A stretch of 10,458 nucleotides of DNA, from NCBI GenBank assembly GCA_038217285.1, contig JBBQPO010000222.1, positions 1 to 10,458 of the forward strand. The letters are read 5' to 3'. Position 1 is the stretch's first letter. Each line of letters begins with the position of its first letter. A program made the position numbers and the translations under genes. The DNA comes from Chthonomonadales bacterium. Lineage in GTDB: Bacteria > Armatimonadota > Chthonomonadetes > Chthonomonadales > Chthonomonadaceae. Positions 1 through 7,372 of this stretch are shown piece after piece. The notes beneath the pieces are model-generated. The model searched no databases, was not told where the DNA came from, and saw nothing but the letters and a program-made list of their open reading frames with translations.

Positions 1-115
1 TCTTCAGGAAACGATGGATCAACTTCAGGGTAGCGAGTAATCTCCTTACCCTTTGACATACCGGCAAAGTGACGTTCAAAACGGCAACCAGCGAAGGCGA
101 TAACCACTTAACCTA

Positions 116-141
116 CTGTCTGTGAAAACGGGGGAGGACTA
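116..141. mobile_element. Probable IS3-family terminal inverted repeat (degenerate end; rest of element upstream or outside the window)
   Basis: CTGTCTGTGAAAACGGGGGAGGACTA (reverse complement TAGTCCTCCCCCGTTTTCACAGACAG) resembles the IS3-family IR pattern TG-N-CCCCC-TTTT-N-GACA, but ends in TA rather than TG/CA. It sits exactly where the PEP-CTERM reading frame loses plausibility. Bases 1-140 are about 49% GC by hand count, lower than the downstream coding DNA. No partner IR or transposase is visible. Confidence 0.55.
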
Positions 142-143
142 AT

Positions 144-695
144 ACCGAGTTCACCCTGAGCGACGGTCATGTTGTGAGCCTCGGAAGTCCGGACTCCAAC
201 AACAGTGTGACTCTCAGCAACTTTACCTTCGGCGGGGGTGCCTCTGGGGCAGTACTGTCGCCCCTCGTCGGAAACGCTTCCGGCAGTACGGCCTCCTCCG
301 TCCTGCTGGCCGACGGCGATTCGGGGGGCACGGCGGACCAAACCCAGGCGTTTACGCCCGGCTCCATCCTTGGGTTCGACGTCAGCATGACGACCAGCGC
401 CGATGCAGGCGGGACACCCGACACGTTCACGTTCTACCTGCTCGATTCCGGCCTGAACCCCTTTCCCTCCAACGCGCCGGCGCAGACTGCCAACGCCCTC
501 CTCCGGGCGGACATCACCGGACCGAGTATGACGCTCGCCAATGTGAGCACCTATAACAGCACCGCCCTTCCGAATTCGCCGACCGTCACCCCTGCGACGA
601 CGCCGGAACCGGGCGCCCTGGCCCTCTTCGTAGGCGTCTCCCTCTGCGGCTCTCTGACGGCCCTGCGCCGTCGCCGCCTCGCGAACAGGCGCTGA
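144..695 (+). pseudogene. 5'-truncated PEP-CTERM sorting-domain surface protein (resembles NF038129-type, from memory)
   Basis: C-terminus TPEPG-ALALFVGVSLCGSLTAL-RRRR is a PEP motif, TM helix and basic tail. The body is Ser/Thr/Gly-rich (NNSVTLSNFTFGGG, FTPG, PDTFTFYLLD). The frame stays protein-like upstream of the GTG at 174 (TEFTLSDGHVV from 144), then hits the IS-like end and an in-frame TGA at 123-125. There is no signal peptide and no SD before 174. Confidence 0.8.
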
Positions 696-718
696 TCCGC
701 GCCAGGCATCGATACGCT

Positions 719-764
719 AAAAGGCCCTCGGCTTCCATTCCGAAGCTGATGGCCTGTTTCTTTT
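719..764 (+). terminator. Intrinsic terminator after the PEP-CTERM gene (possibly bidirectional)
   Basis: Stem AGGCCcTCGGCTTC, loop CATTCC, stem GAAGCTGAtGGCCT (722-755; one mismatch, one G-U), followed by GTTTCTTTT and preceded by an A-run. Confidence 0.75.
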
Positions 765-796
765 GGAGATACCCGGTTACGATCCGGCTTAAGCCG

Positions 797-983
797 CCGC
801 CCCTGAAGGAGCGGCCTGACAGGATCTTTAAGGCCCATGAATGGGCCTGTGCTGGTTGGATCCGGGAGCACTCTGTCCAACAAAAGGGAGGACGATTTCC
901 TCACCCTTACGAAACCACCTGCTTACGTCGGCCACAGCCCCATTCATGGGGCTTGCCGCATCAGACCGCTCCTTCAGGGGCGG
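797..983. repeat. REP/REPIN-like inverted repeat of two hairpin pairs
   Basis: 797-819 matches the reverse complement of 961-983 at 22/23, and 830-851 matches the reverse complement of 933-954 at 20/22. Each unit is itself a hairpin with a TGAA loop (CCGCCCC-TGAA-GGAGCGG; AGGCCCA-TGAA-TGGGCCT). It is intergenic, between convergent genes. Confidence 0.8.
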
Positions 984-993
984 GAAGAACGGG

Positions 994-1809
994 TCAGCCG
1001 GCGTAGCCGCGGTATCTGCGCTGAAGCGCCGCCAGATCGACCTCCTCCGCAGCGTAGCCGAATTCGCCCGCCGCCTCGATAATCTGCGGATGGCGCGCAA
1101 GCAGATCCAGATCCGGTCGGTCGGTGGTGAGGTAGCGAAAACGATCCACCGATTCGGCTCTGGCCGCTGGCAGTGTGTCGGCGGGCGGCAGTTCCAGAAA
1201 CGTCAGCAGCCTCTCCAGTCCATCCGCGAAGAACAGCTCCTCGTAGGTGAGGCGCAGCCAGGGCACCCCGAGTGTCTCCTGTTGCGCCAGCCCGAACAGG
1301 TTGACCTCCGCCCAGTAGTAGAGACACTTTTCAAAGGGCGTCAGTCCCTCCCAGCGCTCCCGATACTCCGTCAGACGGATGCCCGGATCGAACGGGGGAA
1401 GTAGTACCTTGTTCGGAGAGAGGGACAGGATCGGCGGCTGATAGGCGCCATGGGTCAGCCAGGAGAAAGCGGTCGGCACCGGATGCCGGACGAGGTGGAC
1501 GACGCGCACCCGCCCGCGAAACCGATCCGCCAGAGCCGGTATGGTGCTCCAGCAAGGGTGACCGCATTCGAGGTAGCCGCGCTGCACCAGGCAGGTCTCG
1601 ATCCCCTCGGCGTGGGCCAAAACCCGTTCCGCGGCCTCGGGAGCCAGATCGGCCATTGTGCAGGCCGTGAGCATGCGCCGGGGCGCGTAGGCGTTATGCA
1701 GCGGCTCGTGCTCTACCTGGAATCGATCCGGGTAGGTGCGCTGAAGATGCGCCGCCAGCCACTGTGTGCCGCAGCGTCCGGTGGAGAGAACGAATACGGC
1801 GAAACTCAT
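994..1809 (-). CDS. Sulfotransferase family protein (271 aa)
   Basis: The real start is the ATG at 1809 (MSFAVFVLSTGRCGTQWLA), overlapping the upstream TGA as ATGA. It has the 5'-PSB loop STGRCGT, the 3'-PB motif VVHLVRHPVPTAFS and the LTYEEL motif. The longer 2097 start in the ORF track overlaps the upstream gene. Confidence 0.85.
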   Translation of the reverse strand: MSFAVFVLSTGRCGTQWLAAHLQRTYPDRFQVEHEPLHNAYAPRRMLTACTMADLAPEAAERVLAHAEGIETCLVQRGYLECGHPCWSTIPALADRFRGRVRVVHLVRHPVPTAFSWLTHGAYQPPILSLSPNKVLLPPFDPGIRLTEYRERWEGLTPFEKCLYYWAEVNLFGLAQQETLGVPWLRLTYEELFFADGLERLLTFLELPPADTLPAARAESVDRFRYLTTDRPDLDLLARHPQIIEAAGEFGYAAEEVDLAALQRRYRGYAG

Positions 1810-2864
1810 TCGCTCTCCTCGAAAGCCGCCGCGCCTGCCTCTTCGCACTTCCGATAGAGCGCCTTCAAGCGTGCGCGGCACGCCTCGCTGATGGCCGTCT
1901 GCCCCACTGCCTGTTTGTCGGCGGAATCCGACTCGAAAGCAAAATAGGGTCGCTTGGAATGTGCGCCGGTCACCGTGCGCATCTGTGCCTCTTCCGCCGC
2001 CGAGAAGCGGACGCGAAAGTGAGTGGCCAGTGCCAGGAAGACGGCTTCCGGCAGATCGGTGTAGTTCAGGAAGAGTCTGGGGGCCTGCCGATGGCACTCC
2101 AACGCCGCGCCGCAGATCGAGGTCAGCACATGCTCCCGATACTCCTCCGTGGGCAGAGTGGCCTCGGCCTCCATGCCGAACAAGCCGCTAAATCCGGACT
2201 GTTCCACCATCTGTCGGTCGGGTTCACGCAGGTGCGATACCAGCACCTCGATAGGATCACGGTACAGAAACGCCCAGGGAACTTCGGGAAATACCCGGCG
2301 AATTCGGGGCAGAAGCGGTGTGTGCCAGCAGTCGAACTTCACGAACAGGCGGTCGACCGCAGGCGCGCGCCTTCTGCCGAGCGCGCTCAGCATCGCCTTC
2401 AGCCAGAGCGTCTGTTGTTGTTCGGTAAGGTCGGGCTGAGCCAGGTGCCCTCGCAGCACCCAGTCGAGCGGCTCGGGTTCAGAGAGAACGATATGGCGCT
2501 CCAGCGCCGCCAGCATCTGCGCGACCAGGGTCGATCCGCACCGTGACATGTGGAAGACAAAGCCAGCAGGGGCCACCCCCTGCTCTTGTGTCGCCAGCGG
2601 CATGAGGGCCTCGAAAGGGGTCCGGAGGGAGAACCAACGATAGAAGGGCAGCCGCCGCGCCACGGCGATGCTGTCCTCGAAAAAAGATTCTGTCAGGCGC
2701 CGATCCCCCGGATCGAACCAGTCGATCAGCAGTTCGCCGCCCGCCTGTGTCACCGCCCTTGGGATCCAGCCCGTGAGCACAGCCGCCGCCTCGGCCCGTC
2801 CAATGACCGGAATCGGGCTGGATCGGAAAGGCTGTTCGGCGGATTCGATGTCGTTTTGAGTCAA
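1806..2864 (-). CDS. Sulfotransferase family protein of the type associated with Asp/Asn beta-hydroxylases; start uncertain, possibly 5'-damaged
   Basis: GFVFHMSRCGSTL (5'-PSB), LSEP, FVKFDCWH, FLYRDPIEVLVSH (3'-PB), NYTDLP and HSK motifs, with N-terminal GWIP...FFEDSI. The TTG start at 2864 has no SD and lies at the breakpoint of the upstream gene. Confidence 0.8.
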   Translation of the reverse strand: MTQNDIESAEQPFRSSPIPVIGRAEAAAVLTGWIPRAVTQAGGELLIDWFDPGDRRLTESFFEDSIAVARRLPFYRWFSLRTPFEALMPLATQEQGVAPAGFVFHMSRCGSTLVAQMLAALERHIVLSEPEPLDWVLRGHLAQPDLTEQQQTLWLKAMLSALGRRRAPAVDRLFVKFDCWHTPLLPRIRRVFPEVPWAFLYRDPIEVLVSHLREPDRQMVEQSGFSGLFGMEAEATLPTEEYREHVLTSICGAALECHRQAPRLFLNYTDLPEAVFLALATHFRVRFSAAEEAQMRTVTGAHSKRPYFAFESDSADKQAVGQTAISEACRARLKALYRKCEEAGAAAFEESE

Positions 2865-2868
2865 CGAA

Positions 2869-3192
2869 GGGGTCTTTATGTTTGCGGATATGCGAGCGAG
2901 GTTCGAGCTTCAACAGTCGCGCCGACTGCAGCGGGCACTGGAAGGTCTCCAGTATCTGACGGAAGTAGGGACATCGGTCCAGCGTCGGGGTATCGGCACA
3001 GTCACGGCGCTCACCCAGGCCGCTATAGAGTTTACCGGTCGTGCCTCCGACCGAGCGCAGCGCCACCCCGCTCCAGTCGCCCTCGAAGATCTGATCGTTA
3101 AAGTGCCGAATCCATTCGTCGGCCTGAAGGCCTGCGAGATCGGCTTTCATCGCGAGGGGGTCGAACACAAACGGCAGTTTGACGATGTTCAT
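2869..3192 (-). pseudogene. Truncated aspartyl/asparaginyl beta-hydroxylase-like 2OG-Fe(II) oxygenase (N-terminal ~108 aa only)
   Basis: ATG at 3192 with SD GAGGTG. The translation KLPFVFDP...WIRHFN...GDWSGVALRS...DTPTLDRCPYFRQILETFQCPLQSARLLKLEPRSHIRKHKD contains the HxD iron motif. Similarity stops right after HKD: there is no RxHIP strand or distal His, and the frame continues as out-of-frame sequence over the sulfotransferase to 2479. Confidence 0.8.
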
Positions 3193-3323
3193 AGGCGAAA
3201 TTTCACCTCGCCTGCTGAATTCTCCTGCTTGCAGTTCGGTTCGCCTCCGGTAGGAGGAAAAGGAGAATCGAAAGCGTAATCTCACGGGAATAGGAATGGC
3301 GGAGCCAAAGGAGGCGGACCTCT

Positions 3324-4451
3324 ATGCAAAATCCTGTACGTATCGGCCTGATCGGCGCGGGCCAGATCGGCAATGAGCACCTGAAAAACTGGAGCAAGAT
3401 CCCGGAGGTCAAGGTGGTTGCTGTGGCCGACCTGTTTCCCGAAAAGGTCGAAGCGGCGAAGCAGAATTTCGAGATCGCCGATGGCTATGCCGACTTCCGG
3501 GATCTGCTGGCGCGCGACGATATCGCCGCGGTCGATGTCTGCGTCCACAACAACAAGCACGCGCCCGTCTCTATTGCCGCGTTAAAGGCAGGCAAGCACG
3601 TCTACTGCGAAAAGCCGATGGCTGGGACGTATCGGGACGCGGAGGAGATGCTCCGGGCGGCGCGCGATACGGGCCGTATGCTTCATATCCAGATGGCCAC
3701 CCTGTACGAGCCCGAGGCACGGGCGGCGCGCCGCCTGATCGACGACGGCCACCTCGGCAAGATCTACTACGCCCGGTCGTTCGGCTATCGCCGACGCGGT
3801 CGCCCCTTCGTGGACGGCTACGGCTCGGCGACGTTCGTCAACAAGGGCGTCTCGGCGGGAGGAGCGCTGTTCGACATGGGCATCTACCACATCGCCCAGA
3901 TCCTCCACCTGATCGGCAACCCGGCGGTAAAGACCGTGACGGGCGCGGCGCATCAGGAGCTGGACATGGACGAGGCGCGCCGGGCGTTCAGCGGTTACAG
4001 CGTCGAGGAACTGGGGCTGGGCTGGGTTCGGATGGAGGGCGGCATCTCGTTCGACATCGAGGAGTCCTGGGCCGTTCACCACGACGGCCAGGAGGCAAGC
4101 AAAATACTGGGTAGTAAGGGCGGACTGCGTCTCAACCCGCTCACCTACTTCGCCAGCCTGAGCGACATGCCCCTCAGCGCGACCTTCGATGTGAAGGGCG
4201 CCGATACCCGCTGGCACGCCTGCGACCCCGAAACGGTCTGGTACGACTCTTCGCAGAAGCACTGGGCCGGGGCGCTGCTGGGACGTGTCCCCCTGCTTCC
4301 GACCGCCGAATATGGCCTGAACGCCGCCCTCATCAGCGAGGGCATCTATCTGTCGAGTAAGGCGGGCAAAGAGTTCACTGCCGAGGAGATCCGACGCGAG
4401 TCTCGGAGTGCAGCGATCGATCCTTATACCCCCGAAAAAGTCTGGAGTTAG
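3324..4451 (+). CDS. Gfo/Idh/MocA family NAD(P)-dependent oxidoreductase (375 aa)
   Basis: Rossmann IGLIGAGQIG, GKHVYCEKPM (EKP motif), GGALFDMGIYH, and a strong SD AAGGAGG at 3308-3314. Confidence 0.93.
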   Translation: MQNPVRIGLIGAGQIGNEHLKNWSKIPEVKVVAVADLFPEKVEAAKQNFEIADGYADFRDLLARDDIAAVDVCVHNNKHAPVSIAALKAGKHVYCEKPMAGTYRDAEEMLRAARDTGRMLHIQMATLYEPEARAARRLIDDGHLGKIYYARSFGYRRRGRPFVDGYGSATFVNKGVSAGGALFDMGIYHIAQILHLIGNPAVKTVTGAAHQELDMDEARRAFSGYSVEELGLGWVRMEGGISFDIEESWAVHHDGQEASKILGSKGGLRLNPLTYFASLSDMPLSATFDVKGADTRWHACDPETVWYDSSQKHWAGALLGRVPLLPTAEYGLNAALISEGIYLSSKAGKEFTAEEIRRESRSAAIDPYTPEKVWS

Positions 4452-4456
4452 CGATT

Positions 4457-5233
4457 ATGGCAAACAAAAACATTCCGATTGGGCTACAGCTTTTTTCGGT
4501 GCGCGGCGAGGTCGAACGGGATCTCCCGGGAACGCTCAAGGCGGTCGCCGACATCGGCTATGCGGGCGCGGAGCCCTGGGACTACCGGGGCGATTCGCTC
4601 GCGTGGCAGGGTCATTCGGCCCACGACATCCGGGGCCTCTACGACGACCATGGTCTGACCTGCTGCGGCCTCCACCTGAGCACCGACGCCCTGCAGGACG
4701 ACAACCTTGCGCGCACCATCGAGTTCAATCAGATACTCGGCAACCGTTTTCTCATCATCGCCATGGACAAGCGACGGATGGAGTCACGGCAGGGGGTGCT
4801 CGAACTGGCGGGTATCCTGAACAAGGCGGCGGAAGCGCTGAGCGGGGAAGGCATGTTCGCGGGCTATCACGCCCACGGCTTCGACTTCGCGACGGTAGAT
4901 GGCGAGATCGCCTGGGATATCCTGTTCGCGAACACGCGTCCGGAAGTCATCATGCAGATGGACATCGGCAACTGCGTCAGTGGAGGCGGCGACCCGATCG
5001 CGACACTGAAGCGCTTCCCCAATCGCGCTCGCTCGGTGCATCTCAAAGATTTCGGCGGTCCGTCGCTCGAATCGGTTATCGGAGAGGGGAAGGCGGACTG
5101 GCCGGAAGTCTTCCGCCTGTGCGAGACAGCCCAGAATACCGAGTGGTACGTGGTCGAGGAAGGCAGCGCCGACGGTCTGGGCTTTGACATCCCGCGCCGC
5201 AGCCTGGAGGCCTTGCGCCGCATGGGGAAATGA
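4457..5233 (+). CDS. Sugar phosphate isomerase/epimerase family TIM barrel (AP_endonuc_2 / xylose isomerase-like; 258 aa)
   Basis: IGLQLFSVR start, GYAGAE, YHAHGFDF, MDIGN, VHLKD, IGEGKADW and WYVVEE metal-ligand pattern. It starts 5 bp after the previous stop. Confidence 0.9.
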   Translation: MANKNIPIGLQLFSVRGEVERDLPGTLKAVADIGYAGAEPWDYRGDSLAWQGHSAHDIRGLYDDHGLTCCGLHLSTDALQDDNLARTIEFNQILGNRFLIIAMDKRRMESRQGVLELAGILNKAAEALSGEGMFAGYHAHGFDFATVDGEIAWDILFANTRPEVIMQMDIGNCVSGGGDPIATLKRFPNRARSVHLKDFGGPSLESVIGEGKADWPEVFRLCETAQNTEWYVVEEGSADGLGFDIPRRSLEALRRMGK

Positions 5234-5240
5234 ACGCAAT

Positions 5241-6479
5241 ATGAAACCATTGAAAATCACCGATCTGCGCGTTGCCGTTGTGGGCAAAGCGCCTATGACC
5301 TGCCCGCTCATCCGTATCGACACCGACCAGGGCGTCTACGGCCTGGGCGAAGTGCGCGATGGGGCCAGCAAAACCTACGCACTGATGCTTAAAAGCCGCC
5401 TGCTGGGAGAGAACCCCTGCGATGTGGATCGGCTGTTTCGAAAGATCAAGCAGTTCGGATTTCACGCGCGACAGGCAGGCGGCGTCTGCGCGGTGGAGAT
5501 GGCCCTGTGGGACATCGTCGGTAAGGTCTATGGCATGCCGGTCTACCAGCTTCTGGGCGGCAAGTTCCGGGACAAGATTCGTGTCTACGCCGATACGGAG
5601 ATGTCCACCGACCCTACCATCACGGCCCGGCAGTTGCGGCGGCGGATGGACGAGGGTTTCACCTTCCTCAAGATGGATTTCACTCGGGCCAGCCTCCGAA
5701 ACAACACCCTCGAAACCATCGTCGGTCCGCCCACCGTTCCCCCGCACCTCAGCATCCGGGACGTTTTGAAGACGCAGCACATGTTTACCGGCATCGAGAT
5801 CAGCGAGACGCATATCCGCCAGATGGCCGAATACGTGGGCGAGGTGCGCCGCCTCATCGGCAATGAGATCCCACTGGCGATCGACCACTTCGGACATGTC
5901 GGCATCAACTCGTGCATCCGTCTGGGCAGGGCGCTGGAGCCCTATAATCTCGCCTGGCTGGAAGATATGATCCCCTGGCAGCACACCGATCTCTGGAAGC
6001 GCATCACCGACTCCATTCATCTGCCCACCTGCACCGGCGAAGACATCTATCTCAAAGAGGGGTTCGAAACGCTCTGCCGAAACCATGCCGTCGATGTCAT
6101 CCATCCGGATCTGGCGACGTCGGGAGGCATACTCGAAACCAAGAAGATAGGGGATATGGCGCAGGAGTACGGCGTACCGATGGCGATGCACTTTGCCGGG
6201 ACGCCCGTCTCCTGCATGGCCAACGTCCACTGCGCCGCCGCGACCGAAAACTTCCTGGTGCTGGAGAACCACTCCGTCGATATTCCCTGGTGGAACGACC
6301 TGGTAATAGGCTTCGACGGCCCGCTTATCCAGAACGGATACATTCGCGTGCCCGACGCGCCGGGACTGGGTATCACTCTCAACGACGAGGTCGTGCAGCA
6401 GCATCTGGCGGAGCCGGGCTATTTCGAGCCGACGCCGGAGTGGGACACCGAGCGCTCCTCAGACCGACTTTGGAGCTGA
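5241..6479 (+). CDS. Mandelate racemase/muconate lactonizing enzyme family (enolase superfamily), probable acid-sugar dehydratase (412 aa)
   Basis: The start is reassigned to the ATG at 5241 (MKPLKITDLR). Motifs: TDQGVYGLGE, AVEMALWDIVGK...PVYQLLGG, KMD, metal ligands IDH / WLED / TGED, HPD, AMH and LENH. Confidence 0.92.
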   Translation: MKPLKITDLRVAVVGKAPMTCPLIRIDTDQGVYGLGEVRDGASKTYALMLKSRLLGENPCDVDRLFRKIKQFGFHARQAGGVCAVEMALWDIVGKVYGMPVYQLLGGKFRDKIRVYADTEMSTDPTITARQLRRRMDEGFTFLKMDFTRASLRNNTLETIVGPPTVPPHLSIRDVLKTQHMFTGIEISETHIRQMAEYVGEVRRLIGNEIPLAIDHFGHVGINSCIRLGRALEPYNLAWLEDMIPWQHTDLWKRITDSIHLPTCTGEDIYLKEGFETLCRNHAVDVIHPDLATSGGILETKKIGDMAQEYGVPMAMHFAGTPVSCMANVHCAAATENFLVLENHSVDIPWWNDLVIGFDGPLIQNGYIRVPDAPGLGITLNDEVVQQHLAEPGYFEPTPEWDTERSSDRLWS

Positions 6480-6511
6480 CAACGACGTTTACTCTCCTGG
6501 AGGAATTCACC

Positions 6512-7324
6512 TTGCTTAACCGCACTGAAGACACCGTTCGTCTGACGCCACTCAACCCATTTGACCGCTTCCCGGATGGCCGCCCGCGTGTGCCGGACGA
6601 CCTGCTGCGCCGCATGAAGCTGGTGACCGTCGAGGAGGCGTGGGGCGTTCTCAAACAGCACGGCTTTCTCAACCAGTATGCGGGCGACTGGCTCAACGTG
6701 CATCCGGAGCGTGTGCTGGTCGGGCGCGCGGTGACCGCGATGTTCGTTCCCACACGGCCCGACCTACATGCCGTCATCGGGGAGTGGGGCAAGGAGCGCA
6801 ACGCCGTCGGCCTGCACAACTCCTGGATCATCGACACGCTCGTGGAGAACGATGTCGTCGTCATCGATCTGTTCGGCAAGGTGAAAGACGGCACGTTCGC
6901 CGGAGACAACCTGGGAACGGCTATCGCCAACAAAACGAAGACCGGTATGGTCATCGACGGGGGAATTCGCGATCTGGTGCGCCTCCGGGAGATCCCCGAC
7001 ATCGCCATTTTCGCGCGCGGCGTGGACGCCTCCGCCATCGCCGATGTCACCATGACCGGCCTGAACGTGCCGATTAGGATCGGACCGGCGACGGTTCTGC
7101 CCGGCGATGTCGTGCTCGGCTCCGAGTCCGGCCTCATCTTCATTCCGCCGCACCTGGCGCAGGAGGTAGTGGAGCGTTCAGAGCGTACACGCCTCGAAGA
7201 TTTCTGGGGCCAGCTTCGTATCCGTGAGAGCCGCTACACCTCCGGCCAGGTGGATGGGAACTGGACGGACGAGATGCGATCAGACTTCGCCGAATGGGTC
7301 AAAACCAACCCTCCGGCCTCATAA
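6512..7324 (+). CDS. RraA-family protein, probable HMG/CHA-type class II pyruvate aldolase (270 aa)
   Basis: TTG start at 6512 with SD GGAGG 8 nt upstream. Motifs: LVGRAVTA, DVVVIDLFG, GDNL...VIDGGIRD (exact D-X20-R-D spacing), NVPIRIG and PGDVVLG. Confidence 0.87.
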   Translation: MLNRTEDTVRLTPLNPFDRFPDGRPRVPDDLLRRMKLVTVEEAWGVLKQHGFLNQYAGDWLNVHPERVLVGRAVTAMFVPTRPDLHAVIGEWGKERNAVGLHNSWIIDTLVENDVVVIDLFGKVKDGTFAGDNLGTAIANKTKTGMVIDGGIRDLVRLREIPDIAIFARGVDASAIADVTMTGLNVPIRIGPATVLPGDVVLGSESGLIFIPPHLAQEVVERSERTRLEDFWGQLRIRESRYTSGQVDGNWTDEMRSDFAEWVKTNPPAS

Positions 7325-7348
7325 TCTATTTCTTCCCCTACGCAAACC

Positions 7349-7372
7349 GGGAGTGGTTATTGTACTGCTCCC
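7349..7372. terminator. Weak hairpin between convergent genes (possible terminator or 3'-end stabiliser)
   Basis: GGGAGTGGT-TATTGT-ACTGCTCCC forms 9 bp with two G-U pairs on the + strand. There is no good U-tract. Confidence 0.3.

Noticed and set aside
1..59. Edge ORFs: minus-strand MSKGKEITRYPEVDPSFPE... from 59, or plus-strand ...LQETMDQLQGSE* ending at 40
   Set aside because: Too short and cut by the window edge. The minus-strand start has no SD and neither shows a transposase motif, so they cannot be assigned.
53..81. Perfect TTGACA -35 hexamer at 53-58
   Set aside because: There is no credible -10 element at 16-18 bp spacing (TCAAAA).
797..983. CRISPR array
   Set aside because: The repeats are inverted rather than direct, there are only two copies of each, there are no regular spacers, and no cas genes are present.
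749..1404. Small ORFs across the repeat region (749-1006, 837-1082, 841-1404, 551-904) as RiPP precursors
   Set aside because: They overlap the terminator, the REP arms or the antisense sulfotransferase, and show no SD, leader motif or coding-like composition.
2860..2885. Programmed +1 frameshift producing a hydroxylase-sulfotransferase fusion
   Set aside because: There is no canonical slippery site or stalling stop codon, and the fusion would still lack half of the oxygenase fold. A deletion is the simpler explanation.
2479..3285. 268-aa ORF as an intact protein
   Set aside because: Only 3192-2869 is hydroxylase-like. The rest is an upstream extension plus out-of-frame read-through over the sulfotransferase.
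5076..6404. 442-aa minus-strand ORF (also 3582-4262, 6379-7143 and other long antisense ORFs)
   Set aside because: These are antisense shadows of well-supported plus-strand genes in GC-rich DNA, with no recognisable motifs.
6512..7324. Annotation as RNase E regulator rraA or menG methyltransferase
   Set aside because: Its length, D-X20-R-D motif and catabolic operon context favour an aldolase, so no gene symbol was assigned.
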